From: an uncultured Dehalococcoidia bacterium
Lineage (GTDB): Bacteria; Chloroflexota; Dehalococcoidia; UBA2247; RBG-13-53-26
Direction: 5' to 3'
NCBI GenBank assembly: GCA_964492335.1
Contig: CAZBJX010000006.1
Coordinates: 1,963 to 65,962 of the forward strand
DNA length: 64,000 nucleotides
Each line of letters starts with the position of its first letter. Position 1 is the first letter of the stretch. Position numbers and translations under genes: made by a program. A model generated the notes under the pieces. That model did no database searches, was not told where the DNA came from, and saw nothing but the letters and a program-made list of their open reading frames with translations. Below are positions 47,727 to 54,614 of the stretch, piece by piece.

Positions 47727-48665
47727 ATGCGCGGCGTGTTCTTCAGGGACGGTGAAGTGGAGCTGAGGGAGATCGAGGAGCCTTCCGGCGAAGGGGCCCG
47801 GGTCCGGGTGCGGTCCATCGGCATCTGCGGCTCGGACCTGCACATGCTGGAGGCGAGGTCTCCCCTGGAGTTCGTGGCCGGCCATGAGGTGGCCGGGGTG
47901 CTGGACGACGGGACCCCGGTGGCGGTGGAGCCCTCCATGCCCTGCGGGGAATGCCCCCTCTGCCGGTCGGGCGACTACAACCTCTGCCCCTCGGGGGCGG
48001 GGAAGTCGCTGGGCATCGGCCGGAACGGGGGGATGGCCGACGTGGTCCGGGTGCCTCCGGGCTGCCTGGCATATCTCCCATCGAACGTGGACGTGCGCGA
48101 CGCATGCCTCGTCGAGCCGCTGGCGGTGGCGGTGCACGGCCTGCAGCGCGCGGGGCTGGAGGGCGGCCAGCGGGTGGCGGTGATCGGGGGAGGCGCCATC
48201 GGCCTCTGCGCGGTGGCGGCGGCCAGGGCCGCCAGTGCCGCCACCGTGGGGCTCGCGGCCCGCTACGAGCACCAGGTGGCCGCGGGGCGGTCCCTGGGGG
48301 CTGAGGCCATCGACGGGCGGTACGACCTGGTCGTCGAGTGCGCCGGGACCGAGAAGGCGGTGAACACCGCGGTCAGGCTGTGCCGGCCGAAGGGCAGGGT
48401 CCTGGTCCTGGGGACGCACTGGAGCGGGCTGCCCTTGCCCCAGGTGCTGGTGATGATGAAGGAGGTGACGGTCGTCTCCTCTTTCATGTATGCCGTCAGC
48501 GGCGCGGTGCGCGACTTCGACGTGGCGGCGATGCTTCTCTCCAGGCAGCCCGCCATAGCCAGGGCCCTGATCACCCACCGGTTTCCCCTGGCGCAGGCCG
48601 GGCAGGCCTTCGCGGCGGCCCGGGACCGCAAGGCGGGTGCCATCAAGGTGGTGCTGGAGCCGTAG
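47727..48665 (+). CDS. Zn-dependent alcohol dehydrogenase (MDR superfamily)
   Basis: GICGSDLH and GHEVAGVL zinc motifs, structural Zn Cys cluster CGECPLCRSGDYNLC, GGGAIGL Rossmann. Confidence 0.85.
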   Translation: MRGVFFRDGEVELREIEEPSGEGARVRVRSIGICGSDLHMLEARSPLEFVAGHEVAGVLDDGTPVAVEPSMPCGECPLCRSGDYNLCPSGAGKSLGIGRNGGMADVVRVPPGCLAYLPSNVDVRDACLVEPLAVAVHGLQRAGLEGGQRVAVIGGGAIGLCAVAAARAASAATVGLAARYEHQVAAGRSLGAEAIDGRYDLVVECAGTEKAVNTAVRLCRPKGRVLVLGTHWSGLPLPQVLVMMKEVTVVSSFMYAVSGAVRDFDVAAMLLSRQPAIARALITHRFPLAQAGQAFAAARDRKAGAIKVVLEP

Positions 48666-48702
48666 CGGCCCGCGCGGGAGTCCCAGCCCTCGAGCATCAG
48701 TC

Positions 48703-48711
48703 TGATATAAT
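48703..48711 (+). promoter_or_regulatory. Extended -10 promoter TGATATAAT (TGn + perfect TATAAT) 34 nt upstream of the cyt-b5-like membrane protein gene
   Basis: Exact match to the extended -10 consensus; no recognisable -35, as is common for TGn promoters. Confidence 0.4.
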
Positions 48712-48744
48712 CCGGAGTAGGCCCCGCGCCGTGATCCGGGAAAG

Positions 48745-49452
48745 ATGGAGGGAGCGATGGACCGGCAGATCACCGAGGACGAACTGATCAGCAACGACGG
48801 CCAGGACGGGCGCCCGGCATGGGTGGCCTACCGGGGGAAGGTGTACGACGTCTCCGCCAGCCGGCTGTGGCGGGGGGGCGCCCACATGAAGCGCCACCAG
48901 GCGGGGAAGGACCTCACGGCGGAGTTCGGGGCAGCCCCTCACGACGAGGTTGTTCTGCAGGACATGCCCGTGGTGGGCAGGCTGGCGGCCGCGGAGAAGA
49001 AGGGCCTGCCGCCGCTGGTGCAGATCTATCTGGACCAGCACCCGCACCCCGTCTCGGTCCACTTCCCCATCGCCCTGACGCTGGCCTCGGCGGCTTTCCT
49101 GGCCGCCCACCTGGTCACCCGGGCCGGTGGCCTGGCGGATGGCGCGTACTACCTGCTTCTGGGGGTGGCCGTGATAGCCCCGCTGTCCGCGCTGGCCGGG
49201 GTGTCCAGCTGGTGGTTCAACTACGGGCACCGGCGGACGGGGACGTTCGTGGGCAAGGCCGTCCTCTCGGCGGCTCTCTTCGTGACGGGGGTAGTGACGG
49301 CGGTCGTGTGGTCCCTCCAGCGCCAGGCGGTGGTGGACCGGGAGGCGGTGGCCTGGGTCTGCCTGGCGCTGCTGCTGGTGATGTCCGTGCTGGTGCTGTC
49401 ACTGGGGCACCTGGGCGGGTCCCTGGTGTTCCCGCCGCGGAAGAAGCCCTGA
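48745..49452 (+). CDS. Cytochrome b5-like heme/steroid-binding domain fused to a 4-TM membrane domain
   Basis: YRGKVYDVSASRLWRGGAHMKRHQAGKDLTAEFGAAPHDE aligns with the cyt b5 core (YDVTKFLEEHPGGEEVL...AG.DATE.F...H). It is followed by four hydrophobic helices. Confidence 0.55.
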   Translation: MEGAMDRQITEDELISNDGQDGRPAWVAYRGKVYDVSASRLWRGGAHMKRHQAGKDLTAEFGAAPHDEVVLQDMPVVGRLAAAEKKGLPPLVQIYLDQHPHPVSVHFPIALTLASAAFLAAHLVTRAGGLADGAYYLLLGVAVIAPLSALAGVSSWWFNYGHRRTGTFVGKAVLSAALFVTGVVTAVVWSLQRQAVVDREAVAWVCLALLLVMSVLVLSLGHLGGSLVFPPRKKP

Positions 49453-49575
49453 CGGCGGTGCGCCATCACCGGACGATGTCCCTTGAGGCGGACCACGCCC
49501 GGTGCGATGGTCTCGACGGCAACCCGGCATCCGCGGGGTGCCCCGGGCACTTCACGGGGGAAGGAGCGTGAAGCG

Positions 49576-50085
49576 ATGACAGGCAAGGGCAAGGAGGCCC
49601 CGGATTTCTCCGCTGCCGACAGCGAAGGCCGCAATGTGAGGCTCTCCGACTTCAAGGGGCGCAAGAACGTCGTGCTGGTGTTCAACCGGGGCTTCTCCTG
49701 ACCCCACTGCCGGAAGCACATGGCGCAGTTGCGTCATGACTACCAGGGGTTCGTGGACCGGCAGACGGAGGTCATCGCCATCGGCCCGGAGACCCCGGAG
49801 GCCTTCGCCCGCTGGTGGCGCAGAAACCGGATGCCCTTCATCGGCATCGGTGATCCCCGGCATGTCATCGCCGGGCTCTTCGGCCAGCAGGTGAAGCTGC
49901 TGAAGCTGGGGCGCATGCCGGCGCTGTTCGTGATCGATAGAGAGGGGCGGATGCGCAACGTGCATCGCGGGACGTCCATGGGGGACATCATGGCCAACGA
50001 GGAGGTACTGGCCCTGCTGGACGATATCAACCTGGAGCGGCCCACAGGGGGGGCCTCCCCCGGCGCTCCCGGGCAGAGTAGATGA
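49576..50085 (+). CDS. Selenocysteine-containing peroxiredoxin (PrxU-like, AhpC/TSA-redoxin fold); UGA at 49699-49701 decoded as Sec at the peroxidatic position
   Basis: Track ORFs 49483..49701 and 49720..50085 are in the same frame, separated only by TGA. Read-through gives ...RKNVVLVFNRGFS-U-PHCRKHMAQLRHDYQGF...IAIGPETPE...PALFVIDREGRM.... FS-U-P aligns with Prx FVCP/FTPxC. GGGGAAGGAG SD precedes ATG 49576. Confidence 0.65.
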
Positions 50086-50102
50086 GAAAGGAGAGCACCA
50101 CA

Positions 50103-50540
50103 ATGAAGGTCCCGGAGTACGTAACCAAGGCTGAAGTGAAGAAGGTATGCAAGGAGCTGGGCCTCAAGGACTGGTCGGCCCGCAGGGGCACCGACGTCAC
50201 CGAGAAGGAGGCGGCCATCATCCTCAAGGCTGTTGATACCGACGGCATGCCCGTACCGGTGGAGACCATGAGGAAGGGGCTGGAGGTGGAGCTGGAACAT
50301 GGCACCATGTACCCGTTTGCCAACGTGACCAACAACCACCCCATTCTCACCGCCAAGATCGTGCTGGCCCACCTCAAGGAGACCCTGGACTACTACGAGC
50401 GCCTGGAGGTCATGGAGATCGAGGGGGACCTGCTCCACGCGGTCAAGGCCAGGGACCTCAAGAAGATCGAGCAGAAGTACCGCAAGCTGGTGGCGGCCCA
50501 GGAGCTTCTCTGGCGGGAAGCGGGCAAGGAACTCGGGTAG
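50103..50540 (+). CDS. Hypothetical protein (146 aa), co-transcribed downstream of the selenoperoxiredoxin
   Basis: AAAGGAGAG SD 7 nt before ATG 50103. No recognisable catalytic motif. Charged, soluble. Confidence 0.5.
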   Translation: MKVPEYVTKAEVKKVCKELGLKDWSARRGTDVTEKEAAIILKAVDTDGMPVPVETMRKGLEVELEHGTMYPFANVTNNHPILTAKIVLAHLKETLDYYERLEVMEIEGDLLHAVKARDLKKIEQKYRKLVAAQELLWREAGKELG

Positions 50541-50589
50541 CCCTGGCCCCGGGCCGGGACCGGCCCCCTGCCCAGCGTGGTCCAGCCGG

Positions 50590-51816
50590 TCATTTCAAGT
50601 TCAGGCGGAAGAGAGGCTCGAACGAGCTGAACAGGTCCAGGTACTGCTCCAGGTAGCGGGACAGCAGGAAGTTCTGGCGGACCTTCTCCCTGGCGCGGCG
50701 CCCCATGGCGTCGCGCAGCCCCCTGTCCTTGACCAGTTGAACGATCCTCAGGGCCGCCTCTTCCACGGAAGAGACCAGGAAGCCGTTGACCTCGTCGTCG
50801 ATCTGGAAGCGGATGCCCCCCGCATTGCCCCCGATGACCGGGGTGCCCTTCCACATGGCTTCGGACACCGTCAGCCCGAACCCCTCGCGCAGCGATTTCT
50901 GCAGCACCACGGCTGCCTTCCGCTGGAGCGCGTTCACCAGGTAGCTGTCCTGGATGCTGTGTATTATGATCCGCTCCTCCCGGCTCTCCAGTAGGGAGTC
51001 GTAGACCTCTTCACCCTCCGGGTCGTCGGAGGCCACGTTTCCCACCAGGACCAGGGTGCAGTCGACCTCCCTGCGGGCGATCTTGAACGCCTCGATGACC
51101 CCCTTCGGGTCCTTCCAGGTGTCGAAGCGCGAGATCTGCACCACCAGCGGCAGGTCGGTGGGGATGCCGTAGTGGCGGAGCCGCTCGTCTATCTCCGCTT
51201 CGGTGAGGTCCCTGTTGATAATGGAGAAGGGGTCAATCGCCGGTACGAAGACCACCTGCGGAGGCCCGATTTCCTGAACATAGTCCGGGCTGCTCACGAT
51301 GACCGCGTCGTACTGCTCGATGAAGCGGACCAGGTACTCCCAGAGCTCCGGGTTGGGGTGGGTCAGGTCTATGTGGCAGCGCCAGACCCAGGGCACTCGC
51401 TTCCGGTAGTGCTCAATCAAGGGCAGGGGCTGGGGGTCGTGAACGATGATGATGTCATGGTTGTTCAGGTGGTTGCGGATGGAGTTCTCGAAGACCACCT
51501 CCTCGTACAGCTCCATCTTGCGCTGGCTGAGGTTGATCTCTCCGCCCTGGAGGGCATTGTGCATCTTCTTGGTCACCGTGAAGAAGTCCGGGGGGCCGTG
51601 GATGGCCCGCCACCCGACCCTTATCCCCAGGCTGTTCATCAGGAGGGTCATGGAAGACAGCAGCTGGGCCACGCCGCCGCCATAATAGGTGGAGTTGATG
51701 TTGGTGATGTGGAAGTCGTGCAGCGGCCTGGCCTTGCGGATGATGCGCTCCACGCTCTCGGCCCCGATCAGGGGCTCGTAGTCTTCGATGGTAGTGGTCC
51801 GGAAAGCTCTCGTCAT
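50590..51816 (-). CDS. treT: Trehalose synthase TreT (NDP-glucose:glucose glycosyltransferase, GT4); start trimmed to MTRAFRTTTIEDYEPLIG (ATG 51814-51816)
   Basis: Characteristic TreT N-terminus (...EDYEPLIGAESVERIIRKARPL...HITNINSTYYGGGVAQLLSSM...FFTVTKKMHNALQG). GT4 C-terminal EGFGLTVSEAMWKGTPVIGG. GGAAGGAG SD. Confidence 0.8.
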   Translation of the reverse strand: MTRAFRTTTIEDYEPLIGAESVERIIRKARPLHDFHITNINSTYYGGGVAQLLSSMTLLMNSLGIRVGWRAIHGPPDFFTVTKKMHNALQGGEINLSQRKMELYEEVVFENSIRNHLNNHDIIIVHDPQPLPLIEHYRKRVPWVWRCHIDLTHPNPELWEYLVRFIEQYDAVIVSSPDYVQEIGPPQVVFVPAIDPFSIINRDLTEAEIDERLRHYGIPTDLPLVVQISRFDTWKDPKGVIEAFKIARREVDCTLVLVGNVASDDPEGEEVYDSLLESREERIIIHSIQDSYLVNALQRKAAVVLQKSLREGFGLTVSEAMWKGTPVIGGNAGGIRFQIDDEVNGFLVSSVEEAALRIVQLVKDRGLRDAMGRRAREKVRQNFLLSRYLEQYLDLFSSFEPLFRLNLK

Positions 51817-51857
51817 CGTGCTTCGGTCTCCTTCCATTGGCCCATCCCCGCCCCGGC

Positions 51858-52859
51858 TCATCCGGGCAGGCCCCGCATGAAGCGCGCCGTTTCCTCGGGC
51901 AGCGCGCTGTTGATGAACATCCCGGAGCCGATCTCGAACCCGGCGACCTCGGTGGTCCGGGGCACTATCTTCACGTGCCACTGGTAGAAGTCGGCGCGCT
52001 CTTCTCCCACCGGGGCGCTGTCAATGACCAGGTTGAAATCGGGGTCGTCGAGGCCGCGGTACAGCTTCTGCAGGGTGGTCCGCAGCACCCGCGCCAGGTG
52101 CTCGATGTCCTCCGCCGTGGCCTGGCTGAAGCTGGCCTGGCCGGCCTTCGGCACTATCCAGGTCTCGAAGGGCCGGTGGGAGGCGAAGGGGTGGAAGACA
52201 ACGCATCCGGGGGTGTCCATCACCACCCTGGTCCCGGCTGCCAGCTCGCGCGCGGCCAGGTCGGCGCAAAGGCAACGGCCGTGGTCGTCGTAGTAGCTGA
52301 CGGCCACCGCGAGTTTGTTCCTGATATGCCCGGGGACGACGGCCGTGGCCACCAGCTGCGAGTGCGGATGCTCCAGCGAGGTGCCGGCCGCGGGGCCGTG
52401 GTTCTTGAAGATAATGATGGACTTGATGGCGGGGGCCCGGGTCAGGGCCTGATATCTCTGCTGCCATGCCTGCAGAACGGCCCTCACCTCCTCCTCTTCC
52501 ATCCCGGCCAGGTGCCTGTTGTGCACCGGCGTCTCCACGATCACCTCGTGAATCCCCGTGCCCGCCATGCTCAGGAAGAGCCCGCCGTCGATCTTCCGGG
52601 AGGTATCGCCGCCGGGGCTGACCGCAGGGTACTTGTTGGGGATGACCTTGACCTTCCAGGGGCCGCCCGCGGGTCCCGCAATGGTCAGGGATGCCGGGGG
52701 CGTCAGGCCCTCGTTGCCGGGGCAGAACGGGCACGAGCTGACGAAGGCGGGCTTCTCGGACCGCGGCGCCCTGCGGGCATGCTCTGAAGGCCGCTTTCCC
52801 CTTTCTGCGGCCATGATCACCCATTCTTTGGTTGTGGGGTCCTGTCTCATCTCCGACAT
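51858..52859 (-). CDS. galT: Galactose-1-phosphate uridylyltransferase (GalT, HIT superfamily)
   Basis: Zn motif SSCPFCPGNE and HIT-like EHPHSQL (HxHxQ). 333 aa. SD GAAGGA. Confidence 0.8.
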   Translation of the reverse strand: MSEMRQDPTTKEWVIMAAERGKRPSEHARRAPRSEKPAFVSSCPFCPGNEGLTPPASLTIAGPAGGPWKVKVIPNKYPAVSPGGDTSRKIDGGLFLSMAGTGIHEVIVETPVHNRHLAGMEEEEVRAVLQAWQQRYQALTRAPAIKSIIIFKNHGPAAGTSLEHPHSQLVATAVVPGHIRNKLAVAVSYYDDHGRCLCADLAARELAAGTRVVMDTPGCVVFHPFASHRPFETWIVPKAGQASFSQATAEDIEHLARVLRTTLQKLYRGLDDPDFNLVIDSAPVGEERADFYQWHVKIVPRTTEVAGFEIGSGMFINSALPEETARFMRGLPG

Positions 52860-53056
52860 GGTTCCTTCTCGACGAGCGCGGCAGGCTGCGGACTTCCGGG
52901 CTGGCGGTCATCGTTGCCTGCAAGCGGCCCGGAGGCGGGGAAGGGGGCCCAGTCCGGCGGCCCCGTCAGGACTCTGCTCGTATTTGTCACGAGTATTATA
53001 CCGTCGCCGGCGCCAGGTCGGCCAACTCGCTGCCCGTCCGGCGCCGGCAGGCCCGG

Positions 53057-53065
53057 CGTCCCTCT
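53057..53065 (+). promoter_or_regulatory. Candidate extended -10 promoter TGATATACT that would give a ~340-nt GC-rich leader before the thioesterase gene
   Basis: TGnTATACT motif in a 550-bp intergenic region. Downstream lie a possible leaderless 57-codon ORF (53078-53251) and a tandemly duplicated SD 11-mer CAAGGAGGGCA (x2) at 53377-53402. Confidence 0.3.
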
Positions 53066-53410
53066 GTGATATACTCTGAAGCATACGATGGGCGCTGCGC
53101 CCGAGGCTGACGCTGCGCTCCGACCGTGGCCGCTGCGGCGCACGGCCGGCATCTTCAGGAGGCAGGCCCCGGGGATGGAGGGCACACGATCGTACGACGC
53201 GGAGGATGACGGAGCCGCCGTCATGCTGGAACGCTCGGTGGGGGGATCGTGACCGGCGCGGGAGTGCACGGGATGTGCGGCTATCACGCGGCGGTGGCCG
53301 AGTTGCGCCGCCTGTCGGGAGCCCGGCGGAGAGAGCGGGAGGAGCGGGCCATCTGGGAGTCGCCAGGTTGACATAACTCCAAGGAGGGCAAAGACAAGGA
53401 GGGCAGGGAC

Positions 53411-53911
53411 ATGGAAGGGCGGGATGTAGCGCACTCCACGGTGACGCTGGCGCAGATGGTCTGGCCGGCCATGGCCGGCCGGGCTGGCTTTGCCCACGGG
53501 GGCGAGATCATGAAGCTGATGGACGGGGCCGCGGCCGTCGCCGCCGTCAAGCACTGCCACCGGGACTCGGTGACGGCCCGGGTGGATGGGATCAACTTCT
53601 ACCGGCCGGTGAGGCTGTACGACTTCGTCACCGTCACTGCCTGCCTCACCTTCGTGGGCCGATCGTCCATGGAGGTGCTGGTGGAGGTGTGGACGGAGGA
53701 CATCGCCAGGGAGACGAAGGAGCATGCGCTGACGGCCTATTTCATCATGGTGGCGGTGGATGAGACGGGCCGGCCGGCCGAGGTGCCGCCGCTGCTCGTG
53801 ACCACGGACAGCGAGAAGGCGCTGTGGGAGCAGGGGAAGCGCCGGTACCATGCCTGCAAGGCGGACATCCTCTCCGATGATGACAGCTACAGGGTGTGCC
53901 GCGAGGGATAA
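53411..53911 (+). CDS. Acyl-CoA thioesterase (hotdog fold, YciA/Acot-like)
   Basis: TLAQMVWPAMAGRAGFAHGGEIMKLMDGAAAVAA matches the YciA-type N-terminus; 166 aa. Confidence 0.75.
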   Translation: MEGRDVAHSTVTLAQMVWPAMAGRAGFAHGGEIMKLMDGAAAVAAVKHCHRDSVTARVDGINFYRPVRLYDFVTVTACLTFVGRSSMEVLVEVWTEDIARETKEHALTAYFIMVAVDETGRPAEVPPLLVTTDSEKALWEQGKRRYHACKADILSDDDSYRVCREG

Positions 53912-53982
53912 CCGGCAGCTGCGTGCAGCGGCCCTGTCAGCGGGCAGGTGGGGGCGGTCCTCTCAATGGTCAGCCCCTCAGG

Positions 53983-54534
53983 CTACACCACGGCCTCGGT
54001 CTGCATCCTGTGCTCGCCCCGCAGGAACCCCACGGTCAGCCGGTGGCCCGGCGCCAGCCCGGCCAGCACCCGGGCCAGGTCGTCCGCGGTGCTGATGGGG
54101 CGCAGGTTGACCTCGATGATGATATCACCCTGCTGCAGGCCGGCGCTCTCCGCCGGCGAGCCGGGCCTGACGCTGCCCACGAAGGCCCCGAAGAGTGGCA
54201 CGGCCCCCGCCTTCCTGGAGACCCTGCTGGCGTCGGCGATCTTGAGGCCGAAGGACACCCTCGGAGGGGCCTTGGCCCCGCCCGGCCCGGTCCCCGGCCC
54301 GCCCCGGGCGGCCAGCAGCTCTTCCAGCCGCTGCCGGTCGAACCCGATGACGTGCTCGTCGCCCACCGCGATCACGGGGACGCCCATCTGGTTGGTCCTG
54401 CGCACCATTTCCTCGGCGGCCACACGGTCCTTCGAGACGTCCTTCTCGATGTAGGGGATGCCCTTCTGCGAAAGGAACTCCTTCGCGTAGACGCAATACG
54501 GTCAAGTCGGGGTCGTGTAGAGCGTGATTTCCAT
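53983..54534 (-). CDS. Selenocysteine-containing glutaredoxin-like domain fused to a C-terminal PDZ domain; UGA at 54502-54504 decoded as Sec in a U-P-Y-C redox motif
   Basis: The minus strand from ATG 54532-54534 reads MEITLYTTPT-U-PYCVYAKEFLSQKGIPYIEKDVSKDRVAAEEMVRRTNQMGVPVIAVGDEHVIGFDRQRLEELL, a canonical glutaredoxin/NrdH layout with TGA replacing the first Cys of CPYC. It is in frame with track ORF 53983..54423 (PDZ-like GSPAESAGLQQGDIIIEVN). GAAGGGAGAAGG SD precedes the ATG. Confidence 0.6.
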
Positions 54535-54571
54535 TGCCTTCTCCCTTCAGGACTTGTCCCGGCCGGCAACC

Positions 54572-54599
54572 CCGGGCCGGGCCCGCGCGCCCGGCCCGG
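54572..54599 (-). terminator. GC-rich hairpin (11-bp stem ccgggccgggc / gcccggcccgg, 6-nt loop) after clpB, lacking a U-tract (possible I-shaped terminator)
   Basis: Perfect inverted repeat 16 nt downstream of the clpB stop, upstream of the Grx gene SD. Confidence 0.35.
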
Positions 54600-54614
54600 A
54601 CCCGATGAGCGCGG

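Noticed and set aside
49699-49701. Reading the in-frame TGAs at 49699-49701 and 54502-54504 as pseudogene-forming nonsense mutations
   Set aside because: Both fall exactly on the first Cys of a CxxC-type redox motif in intact, SD-equipped thioredoxin-fold genes, with downstream hairpins. Selenocysteine recoding is the more parsimonious reading, though it needs genome-level confirmation.
52021-52923. 300-aa minus-strand ORF overlapping galT
   Set aside because: Alternate frame of galT with RG-rich composition. galT carries the conserved Zn and HxHxQ motifs.
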